64,000 nucleotides of DNA, taken from positions 682,001-746,000 of the forward strand of contig JAPETS010000004.1 of NCBI GenBank assembly GCA_026023565.1. The letters run 5' to 3'. The notes below the pieces were generated by a model. The model made no database searches and was not told where the DNA came from. It worked only from the letters and a program-made list of their open reading frames with translations. Numbering within the stretch: position 1 is the stretch's first letter; each line of letters begins with the position of its first letter. Made by a program: the position numbers and the translations under genes. This document shows positions 24,742-37,482 of the stretch, in pieces. The DNA comes from Cirrosporium novae-zelandiae (lineage: Eukaryota).

Positions 24742-25269
24742 GTTTTGGAGTTGGGGTGGTGTAGAGGTTTCGGATTTAAGAAATCCAAAATGCACAAAGT
24801 AATTTCACGGGGTGACTACATAAATTTGATAGAACTCTACAGTATTTAGCGTTCAATGGAATAACTGGTGTGGATATTGTTGACTTAAGGTCTAGAATCT
24901 AAGATGACCTTAGGGCATAATATGCCCTAGTAGTCTAACCTAATAGGGAACCATAACAAGGTCCTAAATAATCATGATACTCGTGAATTTATAATTTTTT
25001 TTTTTCATTTCTAATCTAGCTAGACCCCTTATATATGTATATTATGTATAGATATGGCTACATCGAATGAACGAAACACCACATCACATTACTCACGAGG
25101 TCCTGTATACCAACTATTTAATCCAATCCAATTGAATCCATGTCCCCCTCCAAACCCCCCTCTCACGAATCAGACCAAATAACTACACTCCCCCTATTTA
25201 TTAAATCTATACCAGCAATGTACCATCCATCCCTCATCATAACCATCATCACAATCATCATAATCATAA

Positions 25270-28200
25270 TCACAGCCCTGCAAAAAAATCCTCAACCACA
25301 TCCCCCAGCATCCTCAATCCATAGAACCTCCCCACATTGCGATAAACACCGAGGCGCTTAACAACCAGATCCCGATTCAGCGTCTCCGTCCACGCCCCAC
25401 TGCAGCTGCAGTGCTCCATGAAGTCGTTCACGCGCAGGGCTTTGCACTTGGCGCATTTCAGATCTTGGGTCGCCCATTCTACAGCCATTTGTTGGACTTG
25501 GGCGATGGTTTTTTCTTCGATTGTGAGTCTGTTGTATGAGGCATTGCAAGTTGGGCATTTCCAGGCTGTGAGATTGTTGGTGTTGTTGGGGTTGTCTACT
25601 ACGCCTTTTTTGGTTGTGTTTGGCAGAATGCCGTCTTCGCGGCATAGGTCTAGGTCTCGGGCGATGGTGCAGTTCTCGCAGATTAATTGTTGGAATTTGA
25701 GACTTTCGCTGGGATTCGTAAAATGCGCTTCTTGGCTGAATTCGCGGACACCGAAAAGCGTTAGTAGTTCCTTACGCAGGAGACGGGCTTCGAGGGTTAT
25801 GTTCTTGTCGAGACCGAGAACCTGCATCAGTGATTTGACTAGCTCGAGTACTGGGTCTATCATCTGCAAATGCGAGCCGGGTAGGATGGGGAATTTGTAA
25901 TCGGATGCCAGAGTTGCATGCAGCATCTCTTCTCGTTGTCGTCGAACAAGGTTGGCGATCTGCTTTTTAAGTGGCTTTCCAAACGTTTGATTAAAAAGAT
26001 CCTGGTCTATCTCGACGGCGCCCTTGCCTATGGGTATCTGTGTCAAGCGTGGCGTAGAGTTGAAATCTCCAAGAGTTCTCGTGTGCTTTTGACCGTACAT
26101 AAGCTCGATAAACTCTGTCACCCAATCAAGGAAAATCGGCTGAAGAGGATTGGGCAAGAACTTGCAAAGCTGCCAGTTCATGACCGTATCGAGGGCCTGA
26201 TTTTCTGCCTCTACTACCTCCTCGCAGGCCTTACCTCCATAGTTGAATTCATCGTACCAGATTAAGTATTCCCAGTACTCCTTGATATCTAGATCAAGAA
26301 AATGAAATAGGGGTTTTGCTTTGATGGACTTGATAATATATTGACTGTATGCGAATGCGTTTCCAACTTCAAGTTTGGTGGTTTGTAAAAGGAGCCGATT
26401 GGAGTTTGCAAAGACAATGTGTGAGCCCACACGCTTGAAGTCCGTCATGAGTTGCTGAAATGCCTTTTTGGACATCATTTGAATGTAATTATGCAATGAC
26501 TTGTCGTATAGAAATGAAGCGGGGCTCTCCGACCATCGAAGCAAGTGCTGAACCATGATATCAGCCATGGTGCTACCTTTACAGGCCTCTGTCCACCAGG
26601 CTTTAACCATTTCGCGAAGTACCGTGATACCGGCTGCAGCAAAGGCCTTCTCTGAATAAAGAACGCCTGTGCCGTCACCCGGATTCTCCTCCGTCGGTGC
26701 TGCTGGGTTAAGAGATATTGACTCACTCCCTTCGAGTTCATTGATAAGTGACGAGGTCAAGATTGTATTAATTGCTAAATTTCGCACATCAATCTCGATG
26801 CACACGGAAGAATATGTTCCTGGATTGTTAACCAATGGTTGCTCGACTGTTTCCGTTGGGCCTAGTATATCGTCTTTCTCATAACCAGCATGATCGGGGA
26901 GGGGAGCTTTTGACCACCAAAGGACAATATTCCTATTCTGCAAGCGTCTCGCATAAGCAATGTCAATCAAGAACTTCGGATCGTCACTCTCTAGATTACC
27001 CAACGGCACATCCCCATATCTTGCAAGGCTTGTCAAGTGAGAAACCCAGGGACCCAGGGCCAAATAATGGTTAATTAGACGCTTGGCAGCTAAGCTTTGC
27101 CATCCTAGAGGCGGAAGACTGGTATCAGATGGCTCCGCTTTTAACGGCAGAATAGGTATTTCCTTCAGTATTGCAATGTCGTTTATCAATAATCGTCTTT
27201 GAGCCGATTGAATCACCAACATGGTTGGCCTACTCTCATCATTCTTCATCTTTTTGAGGAGCCCTCCGACTTCGACATATGCCTTTTTTTTGGTCCTGAC
27301 TTGGATCGCATTAAAATGTATTTTGTCCTGATACGGAAATGAATCCTGCCAAGGCTGTCCTTCACACTCCTGCAACTTCCTCTGGAACAGTTCGCCGTAC
27401 ATCTTGTCTAGGTTGGGTATACTTTGTGGCTCTCTTGATCGGGTAAGAACAATAATATGTGCCTCTTCCTTAGAAGTTGAAAAGAGTGCGAATATTTGCC
27501 TTTCACCAGCTGTTACGTGGTACAGGAAAAAGTAAGTCAGAACCTTCCTAGAAAGATAAGGCTCCTTGGATGGGACTCTTCGAAGATCGTCCAGATCAAA
27601 TCCATGCTCAAGGCCCTTCCCTAAAGCTCCGCGTTGCCCTTCGTCAAAGGTACAGAGGCTACCAAGTCCAAGTACACCTCGCATACTTAGGGGTACATGT
27701 TGTTCATAAACCCCTTCGATACTTGGATGGTTAAAGAGCGTAGCTACCTTTTCTGCTTCTTTGAGATAAACGTTTTCAGGCATCGAGAGCTTGAAGAGAT
27801 GAACTGAAGGGTGGCCATTAGGAAGTGTGTGGTTAACCTTCTCGACTGAGCAGCCCTCGATCTCAACGTCTGGAAGAGTCGTTTCTTTCAGGTTTAGAAA
27901 AACTTGTCTGGGGACCTTGATTCGGAGTTGATGGATTTTTGTATCGATCAGTACAAAAGCCCGAACTTCGCCAGGACTCTCAGACTCAGCAAGTTGGAGC
28001 ACTTGCCAGGTATTGGTGAAAAGGATTTCTGCCTGATTTCTAAAGAAGCTCCCCAAGGCATCAGAACTAGCGTTATTGCGTTCGCCGAAAAGCTGTCGGC
28101 GTCGGATTCGCGCCTGTCTTTGAATCTTCCATTTTTTCTTTTGATATCTTAACCATCCCTCGTAGTCTTCTGTAATTGAAGGCATTTCAGAAGGCAAGCT

Positions 28201-31200
28201 TGCATATGGATCCATGGAGACAGTCACCGCAGGTTCGGGAGCTTTTCTTTTGTGTGAGATATTCATTTGAGTGGCGGTTATTTTGGCTAGTTGAGATGCA
28301 CCGAGGTCTTCTACCTCTGTTGGTAATCGACGGTCCAAAATACTTTGTGGCTTATCAACAAGGGGAGCTGGTGCTTTCTGAAAGAGCTGGGTCATTTTCT
28401 TTTGCTTCAATTTGTCCTCTTTGGTATTCACTCTCCTTTGTAACCACTCCGGATGTGCGACACGTGGAACTGGGTTCCCAACTTTCTGCAGCGCGGCAGG
28501 AATTGTAATAAGTTTCTGAATCACGGAGCCCAACCGTTCAAGATAATAATCCCAGTCGATAATAGTGCGTGGATCCATATCTCCAGGGTCATCACGCATC
28601 CATTTTCGAAGAAAAAACCGCCTTATCTGCTCATCGGCAGAGAAGATAGCAACAGGAATGGCTCGTTCAGTAACTGGACTGTTCTTTGGTTTGGATGCAA
28701 TAATATACTTGCAATTCAGGCCTTTGTCTTTAACCATTTGCTCCCCTAAGAATTCGGCGAGTCGCTTGGCTGTAGTTATGGAAGTTGACTTTTGGGTTCC
28801 GTACTCCTCAAGCGTTTTCGTCATGCTTCGATTTTCGCAAATGAGCTCAATCAATTCTTCGTCCGCCAGAGTTCCACCCTTTTCGTACAACACATCAAGC
28901 CATCTATCTGCAACTTTGGCAACCGCGGTATATGTGTCCGACAGTGTTACCCCATCGAGAAATACTTTGAATATCTGAGTCTGGAAAATCTTGATAAGTT
29001 TCAACTCTCCGCGACGCTTGACTTCGAAACCTTTCAATTCAGCTAGACTACCGTCATGGTTGAAAACAGCATATCGCTTCTTCAGATTTTTGAACTCTTC
29101 CTTCGAGGTAGGAAGAACCATGGCCCTATATGGTCCATCGACTTCGAAAAAAATGGAATTGTCGCTTGTTGTTTCATACTTGAATGTAGCAGGGTTCACA
29201 AGGGTTTGGTATTGATGATTTGTGAACCGAGCGTGCACCAGGTGGTTGAGCATAACACAAGGGTAGGATATCGTAACCTTTTTGCCATTCTTAAGAGTAA
29301 ATGCATAATTCTCAGGGAACGTCCCTGGCAGCATGCACCAAATTCCGTCTGTGTCCAGCTCCAAAGGCCTTCCTATCCGCTCCACAAGCTCACGAGCCAT
29401 CTGGATGATATGAGCGCCCGTCAAGCAGGTGACGCCAGCCATCTCCATCGAATACCATCTTGAGCCTTTCCGCATCACATATCCGTAGAAACTATTAAGG
29501 ATGACTTTGTGTGCAAGCTGAAGTGAATCAAACAAGACAACCATTTTTTTTGCTTCCTCGATTTCTGCATTCGACGCGCCAGATGATTTTAATGATGAGA
29601 CGTTACCCTTCCAGACTTTCTGCTTGCCCTTGAAATCATATCGACGGTCTCGAAAGTCTCTCACGGTATTAACATAGAATGGATTCTCCCGCTGGCAGAT
29701 AATAGCTTCTCTTTCAATGGTTTTTGCGTCATGAATTTTGTGATAGATCTTTTTGGAGTAATCTTGGAGGCGCTGCTTGACTAATTTTGCCTGTTGCTCT
29801 GTTGAAAGATCCTGAAAAGACTGTGCTGGGCTGTTTGGAAATTTTCCTGGGAATCGTTCATTTGAAAGGGCATGTCGGATCATATTGTACTCATCTCGTT
29901 TGGCAGGTAGAAATTCTCCTCTCCACGCCCAAGGTAACCTTCGGTCGCATGTCTTCCCAGGACGATTGAAATCACACGCTGCACAATCAGACTCCTGTAC
30001 CATGGAATCTGGTTGTAGTCGGTTTGTGGTCATAATATTAGGATACATTGAAGCTACATCAAGATGATAAATAAAAGGTCTTTCGTTTCTGTTTGGTGTC
30101 TCTTTGAGTTTGAAAAGTTTCTCCTGGATTTGAGCCTTGACTTCTGCATAGTTCGTCACATCCTCAAGCTTTTTCTTCTCTTCAATAACAATGCTAAACT
30201 GTAGGGCAGCGTCGAGATCATCGACCAACTCGTCATATGCTGACGGATCAAGGGCGAAGTTGACCGGTTGGTCACTCCTAAAAACTCCACATTCGATACT
30301 CTCCACATGGCCTCCAACATAAGTCTCGGACTCAAGAAGGTGACCTTCCCAGAATGTCTCAGTGGGATCTTTATGCTTATTTGGTAGCACAATCCCTTTC
30401 TGAAATGCTTGAACCATCAACAACATCTCGCAGAGGGTCCCCGTGCCTTTTCGTAATGTGTCGTCTGGACTTAGCGGAATAATTGTACACAAGGAAAAGA
30501 TAAAGGGATGAACATATTTCATGTATAAGTAATAAGTAGCAACGGCATCAGATACAGAGTATTCTGAGAGTGTTTGAGGTTGCTCGCTCGCGTATCTGGT
30601 CTACAGTTAGTATCTGTACGCCATCTCTTAATCGCCGGTAATTACCTTGTCATAACTTCAGGGTCAAGTTCATCAGGGTCGTAGCCCAGCTTTACTACAG
30701 TGACAGCTTTCAAGCCTCGGCTTCCCTGGGGTAGGTAGCTGTCCCGGCTCACCCATGCAAAGCAATCCATGTGTACACAGTAGTCACTCTGATAGATATC
30801 CTCACTATTCTTCCTGAATCCGATTTCTCGGTACATATCAATTCCGTGAATGCTTGCCCTAGCCTCGACGAAAGGCCAATCGAAGAAGTCACCGTTGTAT
30901 GTTGCGATAACAGTAGGGCGGGCTTCTTTGACATGCAGGAAGAATCGTTCGAGTAGGGCCCTTTCATTCCGCTCATTAAAGATGAGAAAGGGACCTTCAA
31001 ATTCGGGCTTTGGTGTATAGTCAAAATCCGCAATGTCTTCGGAGACAATTTCTCTGTTTGTAATGAGAAATCCCTGTCCATCTATCATGTATGATATCAT
31101 CATCACCTGGTCAAAAGCTGCATCAGGAAATTTCAATGGTAACTTCGTTGTTTCAATATCAAAGGCCAGCACCACGGGGTCTGCACGCTGCAACCGATCC

Positions 31201-32015
31201 TCTATGCAGGTCAGAGAAATGACACCGTGCTTTGCCTCCACCGTGTACCACTTTCCAATCCTGATATCCTTATCAATTGAAACACGGACATGGTAGGGAA
31301 CGTCGTACTCCCGAATATCGACGATGTAGTCACTAGCATCCGAGATGGAGCTATGTTGTTGATTATCTAAATGGGTTTCGTCAAAGAGATCGAATCCAGC
31401 ATTTGCGCTTGCAACTTCTGCATATGTATCCATGGCGTTCATGTTCTGCTTGTTCTTCTCAGCAATTGGCAAAATAACCCTTCTAGCCGACAGCAGGTTG
31501 TGAACATTTGCAAAGTTCAATTGAATCAGGGTGCGTCGATATCCAAGAAGATGGTTTGGCATTTGCAGGTCCTCCTTCTCAACCCTTTTGAGACTCTTCA
31601 CTATGCCTTCAAATGTTCTTCTACACCATTCTTCAACTTCGGCCTCTTTTCCCTTCCGGACGGCAATTAAAAAATATGGGTCATATTCGACGGTAGCTTT
31701 GAATGTGTTTCCATCGTCTTCCAAAAAATAAAAATCTACACCGGCTCGTCCTCCAGGAACCTTTTTGTCTTCGACTGAGGTGCTGTGCATATTTATAAGC
31801 CATCCCACCTTTTTCTTCCCGGAGTCATATCGGGCGAAGCCCATCGACTCGTCGATGCTATGGGCCAGCCGGTTGGCTTCCAGTTTCTCATCTTGAGAAT
31901 TACCTTCGCTGGGACGTAAATTCGGTAGGGTGGTAGTTTTTGCTCGGCGGGGATTATAGGAGGCAGTTCTAGATCGAAAGTTGTTACCATACTTGCTAGG
32001 TTTTCGGGTGGGCAT
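25270..32015 (-). CDS. POL2: DNA polymerase epsilon catalytic subunit (one intron near 30600-30645)
   Basis: Exonuclease FDIETTK, polymerase B motifs DVASMYPN, KVILNSFYGY, LELDTDG; C-terminal Cys clusters. Confidence 0.97.
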
Positions 32016-32115
32016 CTTGACCTCGGTCAAGGCGTTGGCTTTATTTAGGGCATCAATAGAAAATAAACATTTAGACTGGTAGGACCGTAAGTAACAATTC
32101 AATTAGAAGGCGAAC

Positions 32116-32141
32116 ACGCGAGACGCGTTTTGGTCGCGAAA
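32116..32141. promoter_or_regulatory. MCB/SCB-like G1/S elements in the POL2-COX20 divergent promoter
   Basis: ACGCGA (32116), ACGCGT (32123) and CGCGAAA (32135) clustered about 100 bp upstream of the POL2 ATG. Confidence 0.7.
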
Positions 32142-32296
32142 GAGACTCGGTTTAATTGGCCAAAGCTGAAAACCTTGGCTAGCCTCTTTTGGAAAGTCGG
32201 AGGTTCAAGGTTCCAGACGCAGAACTGAACCATTCCGGTTTCATCCAGTTTCATTATCATCTGGACTCGCCCGGATCTACTTAAACTACAAGAAAT

Positions 32297-32953
32297 ATGG
32301 CAGGAGATATTCGAAAGGCGGATGAGGAACCTCACGATGCGCTCAACGTTCCCAAGGATTCATCAAACAAAGCATTTAGTGCCCAAGTCTGGCAGGACTG
32401 GAAGACTCAGCATCCAGGAAATGCGAATATGATGCCAGGAGGCACCTATAATTCCGCAGGTGGAAAACCAAAAGAGATTAGTCTTATTGACGAGATTAAG
32501 TCTATCACTTGGGAAGATTTCAAAAATATTCACAACATTCCTTGTGCCCGAGAAGCATTTCTTACTGGAATAGGCGGAGCTTTCGGAGCTGGAGCAGTTC
32601 GGACCATTGTAGGAGGTATGCGCTTCTCCCTTTGCGTCTACATGTCGGCTACGACGCAAATTTCGACTGATACTTCTAATCTAGGTCCGGTTATCAAAGC
32701 GTGCAACTGGGCTGTTGGAACCTGGATCTTTAGCTCTGTTGGGATGTGGGAGTTCTGTCAAAGAAGACGGACAACAGAGAAACAGGGCATGAAGAGGGCG
32801 GTCGAGGTTCTTGATAAAAAGCGATTGGAAAAAGCTGAGGCGCAAGCAAGGAAGATGAGGGAGGAGAGATTGACCCGAGAGGAGGCTACCAGGATCGCCG
32901 CTGAAGAAGAGGAAAAAAGAAAACGGGAAAGTTGGTGGAAATTATGGCGATAG
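32297..32953 (+). CDS. COX20: Cytochrome c oxidase assembly protein COX20 (intron about 32617-32684)
   Basis: IPCAREAFLTGIGGAFG..KACNWAVG..WEFCQRRR. Confidence 0.88.
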   Translation: MAGDIRKADEEPHDALNVPKDSSNKAFSAQVWQDWKTQHPGNANMMPGGTYNSAGGKPKEISLIDEIKSITWEDFKNIHNIPCAREAFLTGIGGAFGAGAVRTIVGGMRFSLCVYMSATTQISTDTSNLGPVIKACNWAVGTWIFSSVGMWEFCQRRRTTEKQGMKRAVEVLDKKRLEKAEAQARKMREERLTREEATRIAAEEEEKRKRESWWKLWR

Positions 32954-33138
32954 TCTCTCAATATGAATTAATGAAAATGCATCCAAGTCGTCATCAGTAG
33001 TACTGTGTTTATCCTATCCGTCCAACGAGTTTCCAAAACGCCATGCTAGCTCTAGACCAGCCAAGTGGGTATAACCATATTCAACCATCTAAATCGCCCA
33101 TCGACACGTCCAATATCTTCTCTAAATGTCTGTCGTGA

Positions 33139-33921
33139 TCATGACTTCTCTGGGGCATCATCAAATCTGACTTTCCGCCTTTTTGGTCCATTCTCTACCT
33201 GGAGAACATTTTGCTCCCCTCGGCGTCTTTCCATTCGTTTCTGCCTTGCCTCTCGAGCTTCGCGACTCTTCCATTCTGCAATCTGTTTTTGTCTCTTTTG
33301 AGACCGTTGGTGGGCCAAAGCAGCAGTTGGACGGAATCCAATACCGTTCACGCCATATCCATCATCATCGGGGTCATTTGGATCATAACTGGTAATCTCG
33401 GTTTCTGTCCAAGCCATAACCTCCCCACCTCCAGAATGTAAAGTTGGGGGTGGTGACTTTGGTCGCTTATTTTTCATTACGGAGCGTTTATCAGACAACT
33501 GGGGTTCACTATGTGTTGGGATTCGTAGTCCTTGTACCCCCATTTCGGAAAAAGCCGAATACGTCCCAGAAGCAACGAAGAACTGGTCTGGTCCCTGTAG
33601 CTTCGAGGGACTTGGCCGTATACCTAGTGTCCGTGTTGCTAGCATAGCATCATATGTTTTTTCTGCATCTCCAATACTCAAGGCTGTTGTCTTTTCCGTC
33701 GACTCGCCAAATTCAACTATTCTGACCGCTTTTTCCTCCAAGTTGAGCTCCCGAATCCCATCGGCTACTTTTGACCTTGGGCTGTCTAATAATTCTTTTT
33801 GTGTGGTTTGGAGCTTTCTAGATGGTGGCGAAAGAGGTGGAGAGTAATCAATCGGCTCCAGTGCGTCTCTTTTGCGTTTCGGCGAGGGCGTAATAGGGAG
33901 AGCTGGAGGTAATTCGCTCAT
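33139..33921 (-). CDS. Hypothetical, probably nuclear, fungal protein
   Basis: 260-aa ORF; motif WTETEIT..DPDDDGYGVNGIGFRPTAA..RQKQIAEWKSREAREAR; basic NLS-like patches. Confidence 0.75.
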   Translation of the reverse strand: MSELPPALPITPSPKRKRDALEPIDYSPPLSPPSRKLQTTQKELLDSPRSKVADGIRELNLEEKAVRIVEFGESTEKTTALSIGDAEKTYDAMLATRTLGIRPSPSKLQGPDQFFVASGTYSAFSEMGVQGLRIPTHSEPQLSDKRSVMKNKRPKSPPPTLHSGGGEVMAWTETEITSYDPNDPDDDGYGVNGIGFRPTAALAHQRSQKRQKQIAEWKSREAREARQKRMERRRGEQNVLQVENGPKRRKVRFDDAPEKS

Positions 33922-34436
33922 GACTTCGGATACGCATTTGGTTTCCAGATCATCGGGGACAGGCTAAAGGTATAAGAGTATGTAGTAAAGGTTGTTGTCG
34001 AAGTAGTCAACAAACTATAACGCTTTTCAATTACTCTCAGCTGAGGGGATGGTGCGAGAAAGCACAGGTGGACCAGGACATTTGAATTGAGGGTAAGGAG
34101 CGCATCTCCATTATTTAGTGGAGCGGTAAGCTATATACTATAAGCAAGAAACATATTAAGGGTATATTCACGGCGGTACAGATCACGCTATGGAAAATTC
34201 ACCTACCCTTTAGCAAAGTGATATTTATGCCCTGGTATGGTTGAAAGTTGGAACATTAAGCCCAGGACAGATACGTCAGGGTCCTACGAAGCTCTTCCTC
34301 GGGCCGAAGGAAACCCCCGCCATGCCCACTTTATTATCTACACCTACTACACCTATCTAGGCAATCTTCAAAGACCTCATACCTTTTATAAAAAGTAAAC
34401 TCTTTTGGAATTCTGATAAAATATTATAACCTAATA

Positions 34437-35564
34437 ATGGCGAGTATTGATCCTCTAGAAAAAACATATCCTATAATGCCTCTGTCAATTTCCAAGCGGA
34501 CTTACCCAATTGCCGGCATTCTCACAACTGTCTATGGCCTTAGTGAGCTTTCTTCCGATATAGAAGATATTGTTTGTCTTTGGCTTCTGCATCCTAGGCT
34601 CAAATCTCAATCTTCCATGGAACCGCTTGCTCATTCCATCATCGGCGACTGGAATCGTAGAATTAAGGAAGGGAAGACTGATCATGACAATCCACCAAAG
34701 GGGCTTATTGCTGTTAGTTTTGACCAGCGCAATCATGGGACGAGGAAAGTGGACGACCTAGCAAATGAAGCATGGAGATCTGGAAACCCTCGACATGCCC
34801 AAGATATGTTCTCCGTTTATAGTGAGCCTTCATTCTTCCTATGCTGAGGCTTCTTGGTTAACAGTGTTGTAGGCGGTACCGCTCTTGATACCTCCCTTCT
34901 GATTACATACCTTTCTTCCTACGTATTCCCAGAGAGCCAATACACCATCATTACAAATTATATCTTGGGAGTGTCCCTTGGAGGTCATGCGGCTTGGCAA
35001 TGTCTGTTGCACGATCCTCGAGTATCTACGGCAGTAATAATTATCGGATGTCCGGACTATGTAAGGTTAATGACTGATCGTGCACGATTATCGAAGCTTG
35101 AGACGTGGATTTCCAGTTCCCCCCCAGGTTCTAATTTTCTAGGATCTAAAGATTTCCCACCAGGTTTGATTGAGGCCATTCATAGGTGGGATCCTTCTGG
35201 ATTTCTTATGCCACAAGCAACCGAGCACTCTACCTTGGAGTTAGACGGCTCTGAGCGTGGACAGGTGCAGAAAATACTGCCAAGAATGAAGAACTCCTTG
35301 GGCGGGAAACGGATCTTAAATCTCTCAGGAGGTGCCGATAAACTAGTACCATATAGGTGTTCTGAGCCTTTCTTAACCTGGCTCAAAAAAGCCATTGCTC
35401 CAGGTGAATGGTTCCAGGACGGTGATGTTTTACTAGAAGATATTATTATTGATGGTAAAGGTCATGAAGTTAGTCCTGAAATGGTCACTGAAGCTGTGAG
35501 GTTTGTGAGCGAAAGGATAAGCCAAGAAAGCCACAACAGGGACAAAGCTCGCCCGAGAATATAG
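34437..35564 (+). CDS. Alpha/beta-hydrolase fold protein (one intron about 34822-34872)
   Basis: FDQRNHG, nucleophile GVSLGGH, GGADKLVP, GHEV catalytic triad pattern. Confidence 0.85.
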
Positions 35565-35680
35565 AAAAGCGAGATGATGATAGATCTATTCGCATTTCAC
35601 GTTTTAATAGAGAGCCCGTGGTCTCATTTCTATATTTCTAAACCAGGGAATCAATACTTCCACAAGGAAATTATATATCG

Positions 35681-36680
35681 TTATGCGCTTGAAACAGGGG
35701 TATCAGCCGATGTTAAGACTTGGGAGGACATTGTTGAGTCAGTTGTAGTGTTCTTTGGGAGGTATTTAATACCAGTACTAGGGCAATTTGAACTCATTCC
35801 AACTAAGAGAGGAGTTAGTCAAATGAAAATTTGAACGAAGCTGTTGATTGGAAAGGGTACCTGGCTCCGCTGGAATAAATTGTCCAGTTTGGATACTCCC
35901 AGAAACATCAAATGCGAACCACATCTCATTAAGCTTGCCATTACTACATCGGAAATTGGTATTTACTCCACGGGCTGTCTGCAATGCTGCTTGGATAGCA
36001 GTGGAATTGTATGTTTTGGTCAACGACGGATAGATCCCCGCTGCAGCTAAGAACTGGCGAGAATTTAGCGGAACAGGAAGGCTATGAAGAGTGATTTGTT
36101 ACTGACCTGGTAAGTATCTAATGTCTGGAAAAGGTCGACGGTTCGATTGAAGAAATCGACCACTTCTTCCTGGGGTTTATAGTCCGGATAGCAAGAGGGA
36201 TTGAGGGTGTTGATACAAGTTGCATGTTTGCTAAATTCGTGATCCCAGAAGTATTCGTCGCCCCCTGACATGTCAGGCCAGTAAATCTTCATATAATCTA
36301 AAAGGTCTGCTCTGCCAAAAGATGTGATAATAGCAGATATGTTGGTATACTGGCGGGTTTTGTCGCAATATTGGTCGTATGAACCATCACAGTGATCTGG
36401 CCCTGGTAGATGTGAGGAGGAGAACTAAAGCAATAGGGAGAGCAGACCAACAGAGTCCATGGATTGTCCAATGGTCTTCGGGGCCAGTTGCTGGGTCAGT
36501 ATCCCAAAATTGGGTCTGGAGGAGCTGACCGCCAGGAGAGTTGAAGCAGCAAGAAGGTTGTATAAAAGACGAATTATGACAACTAAGCTGGGCAGTTGAG
36601 CAAGCAACAGACTGCCCTGAAGAGACAGGTGGTGAGGAAGCCCAAAAAACATTCAGCGGGGTGAGAAAGTTAAACCTCAT
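35681..36680 (-). CDS. Ribonuclease T2 (4 exons)
   Basis: CAS I WTIHGLWP (spliced), [36 protein letters not shown]. Confidence 0.92.
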
Positions 36681-36780
36681 TTTTGTAGCAATAGATAGTG
36701 AATATGTACAGAGTATCGTTACATATATATAGACATTCTCCCTACCAGGTCTACCAGGTACCTTGGTGGATACTTAGGTG

Positions 36781-36848
36781 TCGGATGCCATAAATACTAG
36801 GTTAGGTTCAATTCCCAAGAGCGCTAGTGATTAGTCACATTGCTATCA
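36781..36848 (+). repeat. 68-bp dispersed repeat, copy B
   Basis: 59/68 ungapped identity to 8570-8637. Confidence 0.8.
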
Positions 36849-37482
36849 CCGCACATCAAAGTTTATAGTAGGACCAATCGGAGGCTAATCCCCCGAGCTA
36901 ATTAGTACGTCTGAAGACATGCGTTGTCTCGGGGGATCGGCCTCGTCTTTTCCGGTGATCAAGGCACGGCACGTGCAAAGACCCCCTCTTGCCTCCGCAA
37001 AACATCATCAAGTAGTTAATCCCCTCTAAAGAGGGGTGTTAAGACACATTTAAAGCTAACACACATTAATATGCATAGAGCGCAAGAATCCGCCCATCCG
37101 TTAAATCTCCTTGGGGCCCTTTCTTCACGATCTGAATCCTCGCTACCTGGCATTGTCACCCATAACAATATTTTTCAGCAACTCCAATTGACGCAAGCCA
37201 TGTTCCAATCAGATACAAATCATTTAAAGCGGAAGAACGGTCTAGGGTGACTACGAGTACTAGGCGAATACTAGTATTGACACCTTGGAGCCTAAAGTGT
37301 ATACTATGTATGTACTGTGCCATAAAACACAGGAGATAACTCATGTACTGTACCCAGCACCTAGGTATCTACAGTGGTATGGTTTCTGCATGGAACAATG
37401 CCAATCTTTATTCTAAACTGAGACCGGCCTTCTAGATCCAGTCAATATCAAAAACTCGGATAACAACGCATGTATATATATT

